64,000 bases of DNA, taken from a virus. Taxonomy: Duplodnaviria > Caudoviricetes. Positions 1 through 9,830 of this stretch are shown here, one piece after another. The notes under the pieces were generated by a model, which saw nothing but the letters and a program-made list of their open reading frames with translations, was not told where the DNA came from and searched no databases. The first letter of the stretch is position 1; every line of letters starts with the position of its first letter. A program made the position numbers and the translations under genes. The stretch covers positions 1-64,000 of the IMG/VR virus record IMGVR_UViG_3300037295_000333, one strand, 5' to 3'.

Positions 1-352
1 TTTTAGTCTTCTTTGCATTACCTATTACCCTATCAGACTTTGTGTAAGCCTTGAAAAGCCAATCATAAAGCTTTAAGTCATTTTCTTCAATTTCCGGAGT
101 CTCAAACTCCTCTAACCATTGGTTTCCTTTAGAACTTGTTCTGAAAGTGGTAAATAGGCTATCAGACTTCCTCTTTAACTTTACTTTAACCGCTAACCCC
201 TTGGTTTCAAATTTTTTAATTAGCTCTTCACTTAAGTTCTTTGCCAAATATTCACTTAAATCTTCTGATTTATTTTGCTTTATTGCTAAAAGCACTCCCA
301 TTTCATTGATTGTTATATCTCTTGAATCTAATATTTTAAAGTTAATATACAT
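1..352 (-). CDS. hypothetical protein, partial (runs off the left edge of the window)
   Basis: Manual translation from ATG at 352: MYINFKILDSRDITINEMGVLLAIKQ...KAYTKSDRVIGNAKKTK, open to position 1. Not in the ORF track. Confidence 0.75.
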   Translation of the reverse strand, partial: MYINFKILDSRDITINEMGVLLAIKQNKSEDLSEYLAKNLSEELIKKFETKGLAVKVKLKRKSDSLFTTFRTSSKGNQWLEEFETPEIEENDLKLYDWLFKAYTKSDRVIGNAKKTK

Positions 353-611
353 CTTCTTCAAGTATAAATATTAAACATAATACAAAGCCTACAGTAGGCC
401 ACCCCCAAGCAAATATGTGAGTATTACTTGCAATAAAATCTATAGCCTCTTTAAAAGCTCCGTTCAACCCAAGGAATACAAGTACTATAGTTAATACAAT
501 GTAAAACTTAAACCAATATAAAGTGTATAGATTCTTAACTACATCTAATACATATTCCCATTCTTCTGGCAAGTTAGATTGCCTTAATAAATACTTTATA
601 AAATCTCTCAT
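342..611 (-). CDS. small membrane protein
   Basis: Two hydrophobic segments. Likely start MRDFIK at 611, just after the stop of the upstream gene; the track start at 671 overlaps that gene. Confidence 0.6.
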   Translation of the reverse strand: MRDFIKYLLRQSNLPEEWEYVLDVVKNLYTLYWFKFYIVLTIVLVFLGLNGAFKEAIDFIASNTHIFAWGWPTVGFVLCLIFILEEDVY

Positions 612-612
612 A

Positions 613-894
613 TTAATATAAATCTTCTGAGTACAGTGAAATTGTTGATTGCTTAATCTGACCATTGTCAAAAGCTATTTGAGCAGCCTCTTCCCTGCTT
701 ACAAATCTATTTTTTGAAGTTAAAAAACCTTGTTCATTCTCTCCACTTTCAGCATCCCTAAGTCCGGTTATCGCACATTTTGAATAAATGCATTGGCCAT
801 GCCTGTGACCACTAAAAACTAAACCTGTAAGACAATTTTTAGGGTTTGCATGCTCTTGAATCTCTTTTTTCAATTCTAACTCCTTGTACCACAC
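613..894 (-). CDS. conserved phage hypothetical protein
   Basis: GHRH...QGFLTSKNRFVSREEAAQIA...LYSEDLY pattern, recognised as a common small phage protein. Confidence 0.7.
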   Translation of the reverse strand: MWYKELELKKEIQEHANPKNCLTGLVFSGHRHGQCIYSKCAITGLRDAESGENEQGFLTSKNRFVSREEAAQIAFDNGQIKQSTISLYSEDLY

Positions 895-926
895 TGCAGC
901 ACAAAGTATATACTCTAGTTTTTTTT

Positions 927-1598
927 CTATTTACCTGTTGATCCGTATCCACCATTTCCTCTTTCTGTTTTAGTTAATTCCTCTACCTCTTCAAACTCAA
1001 CTTCAGGGTAGGGTAGAATAAGTATTTGTCCTACTCTATCACCTATTGAGTATTGTTCTGTAAGCCCTAGATCTCCATTTATAATACCAGATTTTACATC
1101 ATCACTAAGTTTTGAAAAGTTATCATTTCTAAACTTAAAAGAAACCTCTCCTCTATACCCACTATCAATTACTCCTACTGAGTTTGTAAGCCTTAAATCA
1201 GTGTTTGATAGAGACGATCTAGGAAATAGTAACCCTACATACCCTTTAGGTATTTCAAAGGCTAATCCAGTACCATAAATTACATTTCCTTGTTCGTCTA
1301 TACGTTCACTTACAGCTGTTAAATCCATTCCAGCATCTCCGTACCTAGCATAACTAGGTACTACACTGTTTGCGTGAAGCTTTTTAATTTTTACTTTTAA
1401 TTTTGATAGAGATTCTTCTTTCTTTTCATGAGAAATTGCTAAATACCATGCACACCAATAACCTCTCTCCTCTTCCACATTTGCCCAATTAAAAGCGTCT
1501 CCTAAGCTATCAGTAGTTTTATTCCAATTTTTATCTGCATCTCTTTGATGCTCTAATGCTTTTTCTTTAACTTCTTGTGGTAATTCTGATATTTTCAT
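927..1598 (-). CDS. dut: dUTPase with N-terminal MKISxLPQEVKE module
   Basis: Trimeric dUTPase motifs GDAGMDL, RSS, GVIDSGYRGE, GQ and RGNGGYGSTG follow a ~60-aa accessory module. Confidence 0.92.
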   Translation of the reverse strand: MKISELPQEVKEKALEHQRDADKNWNKTTDSLGDAFNWANVEEERGYWCAWYLAISHEKKEESLSKLKVKIKKLHANSVVPSYARYGDAGMDLTAVSERIDEQGNVIYGTGLAFEIPKGYVGLLFPRSSLSNTDLRLTNSVGVIDSGYRGEVSFKFRNDNFSKLSDDVKSGIINGDLGLTEQYSIGDRVGQILILPYPEVEFEEVEELTKTERGNGGYGSTGK

Positions 1599-1870
1599 TT
1601 TTTATATTTTTCAAACCAATTAATTTTATCTTCTATTAATACGCAATTACAAATACATAATATATTTTTAACTTCTTCTTCACTATACATTATTATTTCA
1701 GGTGCTGACCATCTATTGCATTCTGACCAATAATCTTCCTCTTCATTTGTATTTCGCCAATCAAAAGCATATTCTAAATTGTCTGTTGTTTTTTCCCAAT
1801 TTTCATCAGCATTCCTTTGATACTCCAATGCCTTTTCTTTTACCTCTTGTGGTAATTCTGATATTTTCAT
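1595..1870 (-). CDS. MKISxLPQEVKE-module protein
   Basis: N-terminal ~55 aa are paralogous to the dUTPase N-termini. Confidence 0.75.
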   Translation of the reverse strand: MKISELPQEVKEKALEYQRNADENWEKTTDNLEYAFDWRNTNEEEDYWSECNRWSAPEIIMYSEEEVKNILCICNCVLIEDKINWFEKYKK

Positions 1871-1872
1871 AA

Positions 1873-2028
1873 TTATTTGTATTTAATGTTCCATTTACCT
1901 ATTATACTTTGCATATCACAAAACTCACATCGGTAAAAAATAATTTCATTTATCCATTTAAAGTTAGCAACTAATAACATTTCTGGATTGTTAAATACGC
2001 TGTGAATGATTTTATAATTTGGTTTCAT
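1873..2028 (-). CDS. small hypothetical protein (51 aa)
   Basis: Manual translation MKPNYKIIHSVFNNPEMLLV...KWNIKYK fills the gap in the operon. Confidence 0.5.
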   Translation of the reverse strand: MKPNYKIIHSVFNNPEMLLVANFKWINEIIFYRCEFCDMQSIIGKWNIKYK

Positions 2029-2155
2029 AAGTTAAAGATTAAAGATTAAACGTAAAATAAATAATATAGCTTCTAATGCTGCCCAAATAATTGACATAAC
2101 GAACGCTCCTAATATTAACGTCCCTAAAATAAAGTTTCTGTTTTTTATAATGTTT

Positions 2156-2350
2156 TTATTTCAAAAATATTTTAAGAGTCCTGCCGTCATCTTGTAATTG
2201 TATTTCTACTTCTCTAGCGTTATAGTGGGTGTATGCTCTACCATTAAAAGGTGGTGAGTGTTGTATGACTTCTACTCTGTTTACCTCACTATACATTCTT
2301 TGCTCTGCTAATTCATCAATTGTTTCTTTTACCTCTTGTGATATTTTCAT
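2156..2350 (-). CDS. hypothetical protein
   Basis: ORF packed into the operon; begins MKISQEVKE. Confidence 0.6.
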   Translation of the reverse strand: MKISQEVKETIDELAEQRMYSEVNRVEVIQHSPPFNGRAYTHYNAREVEIQLQDDGRTLKIFLK

Positions 2351-2353
2351 ATT

Positions 2354-2599
2354 TTATCCTTTTGGATTACAGTTAATACCTCCAAATAAATAATTTGATA
2401 CTCTGTCGTATATTTTTTCTAGTAAGCTCATAGGCTTAAAATCTGTATAGTGAAAGTTTGACCAATAATAAAACCCCTCTAATGTATGCTCCCAATTAAA
2501 AGCACGCCTTAAATTATCTGTTGTCTTATCACAATCCGAATGTTTTTGATACTCTAAAGCTATTTTTCTTAACTGTTGTGGTAGTTGACTTATTCTCAT
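2354..2599 (-). CDS. MKISxLPQEVKE-module protein
   Basis: MRISQLPQQLRKIALEYQ...KTTDNLRRAFNWEHTLEGFYYW; the C-terminus FGGINCNPKG is shared with 34750..34989. Confidence 0.75.
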   Translation of the reverse strand: MRISQLPQQLRKIALEYQKHSDCDKTTDNLRRAFNWEHTLEGFYYWSNFHYTDFKPMSLLEKIYDRVSNYLFGGINCNPKG

Positions 2600-2783
2600 A
2601 GTATTTGTTTTTTACAAATGTAGTGATAATATTAATTTATAACTACTTTTTCTCTTAATAATTTTTTAAATTCTAACCTCTTCTCTAAATCTAGCATTTC
2701 CCATCTTTGCAGTAAATCTCTAACTTCTTCAGAGAGTGCTTCCTTTGGACTTTCTGATATAACTTTGTCTTGACTATTGCTCA

Positions 2784-3443
2784 TTAAAAAAACATTCCAT
2801 TTTTCCAATCGATATTTGACATTACTTCTGGAAGTTCTTTTTCTAATTCTTCACCAATCCTAAATGCAATATCTTGAACTTCTTTTTGAGCATGGTGATC
2901 GCACCTAACATTTAAAAACCCTAACAAATCTCTTAAAGTCCCTGTAATGTGTATTGTAGTTTTAGTACTTAAAGGTAAAATGTCTCTTGCACACTCTTTA
3001 GCTACTCCTGCTTCAACTAGATAAGTATATAGTTTTTCTGTTTGTTCTAAGTGATATGAAATCATATCTGAAGCCTTAACACCCATATCGTTTAACTCTG
3101 GATCAAAAGATTCTGTACTACTTTGTCTATTAGTAGGATGCTCTGCTCTAATATCTATAGTTTCAAATCCTAAAGGCTCTGCATATCTTAATGACCACTC
3201 TTGACCATTAAGGCTCCTATGCCTGAAGATTTGAGCTGAAATACTACGTCTAGTTTCAATTTTAAATCCGAAAGATATGTGCTGTAATGGTGACCAATGC
3301 TTATTATCCATTAAGTACTTTACTAACTTTCCTTTATCCTCTTTAATTGTACCATGCCTAGCAATTGCTGCAATTATTGCATTATTATCTAACTGTCCGT
3401 AGGAGCCTACTCCTACTGTTTTCGAAATTAATTCTGTTTTCAT
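2784..3443 (-). CDS. thyX: FAD-dependent thymidylate synthase
   Basis: HWSPLQH, QIFRHRSLNGQEWSLRY, ECARDILP and LNVRCDHHAQKE motifs. Confidence 0.9.
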   Translation of the reverse strand: MKTELISKTVGVGSYGQLDNNAIIAAIARHGTIKEDKGKLVKYLMDNKHWSPLQHISFGFKIETRRSISAQIFRHRSLNGQEWSLRYAEPLGFETIDIRAEHPTNRQSSTESFDPELNDMGVKASDMISYHLEQTEKLYTYLVEAGVAKECARDILPLSTKTTIHITGTLRDLLGFLNVRCDHHAQKEVQDIAFRIGEELEKELPEVMSNIDWKNGMFF

Positions 3444-3454
3444 TTAATTTTTTT

Positions 3455-4066
3455 TTAAATTCCTACTTTAGCCCATCCAATACCCTGAAAAATTTTATCA
3501 AATCCAGATCTAGCTATTTTATGTTTAAACTTATCAAATAATTTTTCATTTGATGTATATTTTACGTAACTCTGCCTTATTTCAATCACATCAAGTTCTT
3601 TTAGTTTTGTATTAGGGTGATCTTCTCCTTTTAATGAAATATGATTATCAAAACAACCATTTTTAACAGCATGAATCATATTTTCAGACCTACTACACCA
3701 CTCTAAGTTAGATATTCTATTGTCCCATTTAATTGTGTTTTTATGGTTAACTTGTTCTAAGTTTAAATTATTGGTCAAAAAGTGTTCTGCAATTACCCTA
3801 TGCCCTAAAAAGTTATATCTAACTTTATTGACATATAGTATAAGTTGAATATATCCATTTGAGTAATAATTATTTTTTAAAAACTTACCCTTACAAAATT
3901 GTTCAACTCCATTATTTCTTGTAAGCCTTCTGTCCTTACTTTTAAATCTACCTAAAGAACTGACTTCATAGTATTCTTCAAAGTTTTTTATAGGTTTCCA
4001 AATTTCTGAAATTAATTCCTCACTTGTGAATACAAATTTCATTTTTCTTAATTCTTGTGTTGTCAT
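3455..4066 (-). CDS. NUMOD4 + HNH homing endonuclease
   Basis: EIWKPIKNFEEYYEVSSLGR (NUMOD4); HRVIAEHF...VNHKNTIKWDNRISNLEW (HNH). Confidence 0.88.
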   Translation of the reverse strand: MTTQELRKMKFVFTSEELISEIWKPIKNFEEYYEVSSLGRFKSKDRRLTRNNGVEQFCKGKFLKNNYYSNGYIQLILYVNKVRYNFLGHRVIAEHFLTNNLNLEQVNHKNTIKWDNRISNLEWCSRSENMIHAVKNGCFDNHISLKGEDHPNTKLKELDVIEIRQSYVKYTSNEKLFDKFKHKIARSGFDKIFQGIGWAKVGI

Positions 4067-4098
4067 TTTACTTAAAATATAAAGTTAAATTAATTTTA

Positions 4099-5391
4099 CT
4101 AATGCTTTTCAAAAAAGTAAGGTATTGCTACTTTAATATTTTCCTCCCTACTTATATTATAAAATCTAAATCCAGATTTTGAATTTTTAAAATTAGTTTT
4201 TACCCAATTTGATGGAGGTGAAAATGCAGGATAATTGTAATAATGAAAATCATTACTAGTTGTGTCATCATAAAGTCCTCTATGGCTGTCACCTTTAGAA
4301 ACTTCAATATAGTTTCCATTGTACAAGTTATTTTCCTTGCAATACTGATCTAACTTTTCTATTTGAACTGGGTCTAAAAAAGGTTTAAATCCAAATTTAT
4401 TTTCCCCCATGTCTTTTCCGTGAGTTATGACAAAAGTATGTTTGTCTACAGAATAGTTGTCAATAAATTTCTTAATTGTGTTCACTTTAACTCTATCTGC
4501 ATACTTTACTTCTAAAATTCCCTTTACTGCAGTTGAAACAAAATAGGAAAATACTCCAGAGTGATTGTCATTCGTTATATCATTACATATAATAAGTTTA
4601 TAATCTTTTAAAAGTTCTTCAACCAAAGTTATTTTAAACTCAAGCCCTAAATTAAAAGCCTCTTTGTCATTCATATTTTGAGGCAAATGATGTCCTTTTC
4701 TAGTCGTTTCAGCCCCGAGTCCATCCATGAAATCGCCAAGCTCATCTATATAAAGTGTATCAGAAAATTGAAAAGTTTTTACATGCTCAATCATTAATGA
4801 AAGTCTCTTTAATGACTCTTCTTTATCCCACTTTCCATTATACAAAGCATCTCCATCTTTTCCTTGAACGTTCATTGCTAAATGAGTATCAGTATAAACT
4901 AGACGATCAAACCAATCTTTTTTAAGATAGCTTTTTGGAACTATATTTTTATGAATTGGTTCAATAAATTTCTTTATAATGTCTTCAATACTTTCCTGAA
5001 TTTCTTCAGATTCAAATTCATCTAAAGTTTTAAAAGCAATATTATAAACCATATGAGCCTGATTGTGGCTTACAAGTTTTGAGCTTTTTACAGTATTAAT
5101 ATCCAGTCCGTACTTGATGCAATATTCTTCAATTGAATAATATTTTTGCATTTCATTTGACCATGCAGATGGTAAATTAGAATTACTACTTTCATACTGT
5201 GCCGTTTCTGTCACGGTTTCATTTTCAAAATCATTTATATCTGATACTTCAGAAATTAGGTATCTTGAAACTCTATGTCTATATTTTTCTGAGTATTCAA
5301 TACCTTGTTCGCTACAAGCCATTTTAACAGCTTTAGTTATATTATTTTCCTTCTCGTAAAATTCTAATGCTTTTTCAATGTTAAATTCCAT
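4099..5391 (-). CDS. calcineurin-like metallophosphoesterase
   Basis: DTH, GDFMDG, NDNH, THG and GDSH metal-binding motifs. Confidence 0.75.
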   Translation of the reverse strand: MEFNIEKALEFYEKENNITKAVKMACSEQGIEYSEKYRHRVSRYLISEVSDINDFENETVTETAQYESSNSNLPSAWSNEMQKYYSIEEYCIKYGLDINTVKSSKLVSHNQAHMVYNIAFKTLDEFESEEIQESIEDIIKKFIEPIHKNIVPKSYLKKDWFDRLVYTDTHLAMNVQGKDGDALYNGKWDKEESLKRLSLMIEHVKTFQFSDTLYIDELGDFMDGLGAETTRKGHHLPQNMNDKEAFNLGLEFKITLVEELLKDYKLIICNDITNDNHSGVFSYFVSTAVKGILEVKYADRVKVNTIKKFIDNYSVDKHTFVITHGKDMGENKFGFKPFLDPVQIEKLDQYCKENNLYNGNYIEVSKGDSHRGLYDDTTSNDFHYYNYPAFSPPSNWVKTNFKNSKSGFRFYNISREENIKVAIPYFFEKH

Positions 5392-5409
5392 AGATTTGTT
5401 TTTTGTTTA

Positions 5410-5823
5410 TTATAAGTACATGTTGTTTACCTCTTCCTTTGAAACTGGAAGCTCTTTTATTTCATTTCCAATTTTTTGATTTTGAATAAATTCTAGTTTA
5501 AAACGTGGCTGTGCAATCATTTTTTCTGCAGGTAAATCATTAAACCTATTGAAATTCATTGTTGTTCTAACTCTATGTAAGATACCCGAAATTGTACCTA
5601 TTCTAGGCATGTGCAATTGCTTTTTGTCTAGTATTGATTCATACATAATTTCAAAGAGAGCGTCTACAATTTCGGTCGTTTGGATAATTTTAAAACCAGT
5701 TCTTTTTGAAACTAATCTTGATAGCTCCTTACTGCTAATGCTTTCATCTGGTCTTCTATGTCTCAATGATTTGTACTTTCTTGTTTCTTCTTTTTGAGCC
5801 TGTAATTGTTTTTTGTTAAACAT
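5410..5823 (-). CDS. HU/IHF-like DNA-binding protein
   Basis: SKELSRLVSKRTG...VDALFEIMYESI...LHMPRIGT...beta-arm...PRFKLEF matches the HU fold pattern. Confidence 0.65.
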   Translation of the reverse strand: MFNKKQLQAQKEETRKYKSLRHRRPDESISSKELSRLVSKRTGFKIIQTTEIVDALFEIMYESILDKKQLHMPRIGTISGILHRVRTTMNFNRFNDLPAEKMIAQPRFKLEFIQNQKIGNEIKELPVSKEEVNNMYL

Positions 5824-5840
5824 ATTTTATTTATTTATTA

Positions 5841-6785
5841 TTAAATTTTATTTAAAAACCAATTTCTTGATTTTTTTGCTATTGCAGAACTAACTGCTTT
5901 TACATTTAGTTTATTTAAAACTATGGTGTCAATCTCTTCTTTTAAAACATCTTTTACTATCCATTTTATAAATTGTCCTATATTCTTTGATTCAATTTCA
6001 ATATTATTTTCTATTAATGAATTTATGCCTTGATTTAATCTATTTTCAGAAACCGAGTAATTAACAAAGTTTTTTAAGCCTTCAATTTCTTCAATGGTGA
6101 CTGAGTTTAAAACTTTTACTTTAGAAGAAGAGTGTTTTTCTCCCTTTGATTTAAATTTATAATCTTGGTTGTCAACTGATGTAAAAACTATTCCTTCCCC
6201 TATTCCATCAATTCCAAAATAATCACCAACAGGACAATTTTCTTCAACTTCCATTGTTAATTCAATTAATTTATTTTGAATTAATTCAGGATGGTTAAAA
6301 TCAATTTCAATATAGTATTTTTTAAATTGATTTATATTATATATTCTAACATCATTGTCTTGAACGCTTAATGGTAATTCCACCCATAGGTCATCAACTT
6401 TTACACCAAAAATTACAAACATTTTTTCAAGTTGATTTAATGCAACCCCCCTTTGAATTGATCCCCCGCACCACTCTCCATACAAAACACAACTTTCATT
6501 AAAAACAAATTCACTAAAAAGTTTTTCAACATTACTTTGAATTGACAACATACTTAACATAAATCCTGCATTGTCTTTTTCTATAGATAAAACTCTTTCT
6601 CTTGATTGATGTTCAATTCTACCATCTAAGTACTTTACAATGCCTGCATTTGTACCATGAAGTTTTACCGTTCCTTCAAACTTTAAAGTTGGATACTCTC
6701 CAATGTATGATCCCTTATAATCATGTTCATACCTAACATTTTTTACAACACTTCTAAATTGTTCAATACTTGGATACTTTTTCAT
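5841..6785 (-). CDS. RNA ligase (Rnl2-like)
   Basis: Nucleotidyltransferase motifs TVKLHGTNAG, QSR, YGEWCG, GEGIVF and FKSKGEKH. Confidence 0.8.
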   Translation of the reverse strand: MKKYPSIEQFRSVVKNVRYEHDYKGSYIGEYPTLKFEGTVKLHGTNAGIVKYLDGRIEHQSRERVLSIEKDNAGFMLSMLSIQSNVEKLFSEFVFNESCVLYGEWCGGSIQRGVALNQLEKMFVIFGVKVDDLWVELPLSVQDNDVRIYNINQFKKYYIEIDFNHPELIQNKLIELTMEVEENCPVGDYFGIDGIGEGIVFTSVDNQDYKFKSKGEKHSSSKVKVLNSVTIEEIEGLKNFVNYSVSENRLNQGINSLIENNIEIESKNIGQFIKWIVKDVLKEEIDTIVLNKLNVKAVSSAIAKKSRNWFLNKI

Positions 6786-6797
6786 TTTATTTATTTA

Positions 6798-7640
6798 TTA
6801 GTTATCGTTCCACTTTTGGATTAATGCATTCATTTTTAAAACTTCTTTTTCATCTATATCAATGTCAGATTCTATTCCTATAAGGTCTTTTATAAAAATT
6901 TCTGCTGTATTTTTCTTACTTGGATAAACCTTATTTTTTAAAATACTTATTTCAGCCAAACCAAATTTTAAATATTTGTCAATCAAGTCTTGAGTCATTA
7001 ACTCATTTTTTTCTAAATTAAATAACCTATCAGTAAATTCGGTTTTTTTAACTAATAAGTCTGAATTTCCCCTTTCTTCTGCAAGCTCTACAAGCGTAGA
7101 GTAAACAGTTGTTGCAAACAATTGATATAACTTCTCTGCAAACAAAGTGGCGTGAGGTGTACTATACACAACCTCTAGTGCAGACATCATATTTTCAAGA
7201 CCCGTTAATTCAATGGTCTCATAATAGGTTATGTCACACAATATTCTTACATTTTTTGAAACATGGTCAATAAAAAGTTCATCTTCAAAAACTGCATCTT
7301 TTTTGAATCCATTGGTTACATAAGATTGTAAGTTTATAAGAAGTGAATCTTTAGTTAAATTTTTATCTTGAATTATTAAGAATTTATACTCATTAATTAA
7401 GTCAAAAATCTCTCCCTCTTCCATTGGATTTTTAAATACAATTTCACTATTGTGTATTTTCTTTGCAATTCTTTTGTGCATCTCTAATGGTGAAGAATCA
7501 ACGTATTTTAACCCCGCCTTGCCCTCATTTACCCTTTGAAGGCAATAGTTGTTTACCCAAAGATTTGAAGCCTTTATGTCGCCATTAAAATACTCTAACG
7601 CATTTTTAAATACTCTACCTCTACTATACAATTTTTCCAT
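6798..7640 (-). CDS. degenerate, internally deleted ribonucleotide reductase large-subunit homolog
   Basis: Segments resemble Bacteroidota class II RNR (YFNGD...WVNNY, MHKRIAK, EIFDLINEYKF, INLQSYV, LVELAEERG). Only 280 aa, with no NPCxE motif. Confidence 0.6.
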   Translation of the reverse strand: MEKLYSRGRVFKNALEYFNGDIKASNLWVNNYCLQRVNEGKAGLKYVDSSPLEMHKRIAKKIHNSEIVFKNPMEEGEIFDLINEYKFLIIQDKNLTKDSLLINLQSYVTNGFKKDAVFEDELFIDHVSKNVRILCDITYYETIELTGLENMMSALEVVYSTPHATLFAEKLYQLFATTVYSTLVELAEERGNSDLLVKKTEFTDRLFNLEKNELMTQDLIDKYLKFGLAEISILKNKVYPSKKNTAEIFIKDLIGIESDIDIDEKEVLKMNALIQKWNDN

Positions 7641-7686
7641 AATTTATTTTATTTAATTGATGTTATTTACGAGTTAGCGGATATTT

Positions 7687-7965
7687 TTACCTTGTTGGTG
7701 TTAGAATGTCCCTTATACTATATCTTAACTCATCTTGTCCGTTATCAAATCCCTCTCTATAACTAAAAGCACATTGATATCGAATCCAAGCAAAAAGCTT
7801 CGCTTTATCTTCTTCTTTTATTCCTAGTTGTTTTATTAAGTCTCTATCTGTTTTTATGTTATAATTTTGTAATAGTTCTTTTTTTAGAGCGTTTATTTCC
7901 TCAGATTTACTTCTTTTTTCTTCTTTAGGCATCCATGCATCATACCCATCGTTTCCGTCTTTCAT
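7687..7965 (-). CDS. hypothetical protein
   Basis: ORF track; packed into the operon. Confidence 0.6.
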   Translation of the reverse strand: MKDGNDGYDAWMPKEEKRSKSEEINALKKELLQNYNIKTDRDLIKQLGIKEEDKAKLFAWIRYQCAFSYREGFDNGQDELRYSIRDILTPTR

Positions 7966-8135
7966 TTATTTATTATTTTAAAATTATCTCTCATCACATT
8001 TACCTGAACAAGGTCTTTATAGTACGCCAGTAATCCTATTACTTCATATTCGGAAAACCCATCTATTTTTATACTTGTAATAATTCCTTCTTTTGTCTCC
8101 TCTTGTTTTATTATTATTTTTTTTACTATATTCAT
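7962..8135 (-). CDS. small hypothetical protein (57 aa)
   Basis: Manual translation MNIVKKIIIKQEETKEG...; ATGA overlap with the next gene. Confidence 0.55.
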   Translation of the reverse strand: MNIVKKIIIKQEETKEGIITSIKIDGFSEYEVIGLLAYYKDLVQVNVMRDNFKIINK

Positions 8136-8147
8136 ATTTTATTTATT

Positions 8148-8369
8148 TTATTTATATATTAATAATCTTGAATAATATTTTCCAAACTCTTTTACATTTT
8201 CTAAATAATGTTCATTTTGCATTTCTTCAGCCTCATTTATCTCTGACTGAATGTTAAGTTTTGCACCTCTGCGATCTGCAACTTTTTTTGATTTAACACT
8301 TTTTTCCATTTCTGAAATAGAACGATTTCTTTTATCTGTTCTTTGGATTCTTTCAACATTTGGTCTCAT
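8148..8369 (-). CDS. hypothetical protein
   Basis: ORF track; packed into the operon. Confidence 0.55.
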   Translation of the reverse strand: MRPNVERIQRTDKRNRSISEMEKSVKSKKVADRRGAKLNIQSEINEAEEMQNEHYLENVKEFGKYYSRLLIYK

Positions 8370-8406
8370 AATTTTTAATTCTAAATTTAATACTATTTTT
8401 GTTTAT

Positions 8407-8745
8407 TTATGCGTAATTCATCTTTGACTCCACAACTATACATTCACTTTCATTAAATTCTCTTATACAATCATGAGTTAATTTAGTACTCATTGCTAAT
8501 GCTTTAGCAATATCCCTTCCAGTTACTCCCATTAAATATAATTCAATTACTTGTATTTTTCTTGAATGACTCTTTGTGTTTTTAGGTCTTATTCCAGATA
8601 TTATTTGAAAAATTTGACTTTCTGTAAAATATATCAATAGTCCAATTTGCCTTCCCTTTATTTTGTTTTTTGAAACGTGCTTTGACAAAGTGCTTTTGGG
8701 TACATTTGTTTTTTCCGAAATTTCATTGTAATTATATACTTTCAT
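8407..8745 (-). CDS. HTH DNA-binding protein
   Basis: Two HTH-like segments (EISEKTNVPKSTLSKHV; GRDIAKALAMSTKLTHDCI); preceded by a TAnnTTTG element. Confidence 0.6.
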   Translation of the reverse strand: MKVYNYNEISEKTNVPKSTLSKHVSKNKIKGRQIGLLIYFTESQIFQIISGIRPKNTKSHSRKIQVIELYLMGVTGRDIAKALAMSTKLTHDCIREFNESECIVVESKMNYA

Positions 8746-8830
8746 AATTTATTTTTTGTCGCAAAGTGTTTTGCTAATGCAAACATATAACCTTTATTTG
8801 GATATACAATTTTAAAAGTCATATTTTTTT

Positions 8831-8857
8831 AAAATAAAAAACCCCACAAAAGTGGGG
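8831..8857 (-). terminator. intrinsic terminator
   Basis: CCCCAC/GTGGGG stem plus T tract. Confidence 0.8.
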
Positions 8858-8862
8858 AAAGT

Positions 8863-9402
8863 TTATATGTAATCTGTATTTTCTAAAAGAGTTTTATGTC
8901 TTTTATAATCAGCTAATTTATCAGCCATTAAGTTACCTATAATATGCATATCTTTTTTTAAAGCTGCTTTTTTTATAGGGTCTTTTTCTTTTTCTACTTG
9001 ATGAGAACGTATGTGATTAATTTTAAAAGTTAAAAATGGTCTAATCCTTAAAGATTCAACAACATTTTTCCAAAGTTTTTGGTTCTTAACGTTTCCAATA
9101 GAATTAATCCAATTATTTTCAATCCACTTTTCAAGCCTTTTTTCTGTAAAAGATTTTACTACATACTCGCTATCAGAATAAATAGTTAAAGAAATACTTT
9201 CATCACTTAATTTAGGCATTGCATTTATGGCAAAAAGTAAGGCACATACCTCCATTTCCCCCGTTTTAGCTTGTTTAAAGCCTAAAGAAAAAGCTTTGGG
9301 GCTACCATATAGATTTGGGAAATAAGTGCCAAATCCACCCTTTCCTGCATCTTTACCTGCCACAGATGCACTCCCGTCTGTATATGCTATAAATTCTTTC
9401 AT
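8863..9402 (-). CDS. rnhA: ribonuclease HI
   Basis: YTDGSA, GEME, YSDSEY, HIRSH and GNLMADKLA motifs. Confidence 0.9.
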   Translation of the reverse strand: MKEFIAYTDGSASVAGKDAGKGGFGTYFPNLYGSPKAFSLGFKQAKTGEMEVCALLFAINAMPKLSDESISLTIYSDSEYVVKSFTEKRLEKWIENNWINSIGNVKNQKLWKNVVESLRIRPFLTFKINHIRSHQVEKEKDPIKKAALKKDMHIIGNLMADKLADYKRHKTLLENTDYI

Positions 9403-9414
9403 ACCTATTTTTAA

Positions 9415-9783
9415 TTAATTTATAAAACCATCTAGCCATAAACAAATGTACATAAAAATTAACAAAAAAGTTAAAATGGTAAAAATAATTTTTGAATCAA
9501 CTATTGTAGAATTTTTGTAAAAATAACAATCTGCATGAGCAATACAAAACTCATTTCTACTTTTTATAAAAACATTCATTGCATCTAATTCACCTTTTAA
9601 AGAAATGTCATACAAAACAATAAATGATTCAAACTGAATTTCACCTGTAATTGTGTCAATTGTATAGCCTTCACATATACCCTTTTTTCTTTTTAAAACT
9701 ACAAAACCTTTTAAAATCCTATCGCTGTGTAAATCTTTTACAATGTAGAATTTATTTATCTCAATTTTTTTTACTTTTTTCAT
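9415..9783 (-). CDS. hypothetical protein with C-terminal TM helix
   Basis: Start revised to MKKVKK (9783) because the track start at 9816 spans a TATCTTTG promoter element. Confidence 0.55.
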   Translation of the reverse strand: MKKVKKIEINKFYIVKDLHSDRILKGFVVLKRKKGICEGYTIDTITGEIQFESFIVLYDISLKGELDAMNVFIKSRNEFCIAHADCYFYKNSTIVDSKIIFTILTFLLIFMYICLWLDGFIN

Positions 9784-9800
9784 AATTCCTATTTTTTTAT

Positions 9801-9808
9801 CAAAGATA
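9801..9808 (-). promoter_or_regulatory. Bacteroidota sigma70 -7 element
   Basis: TATCTTTG, upstream of the revised start at 9783. Confidence 0.65.
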
Positions 9809-9830
9809 TAAAACATTTTTATATATGCAA

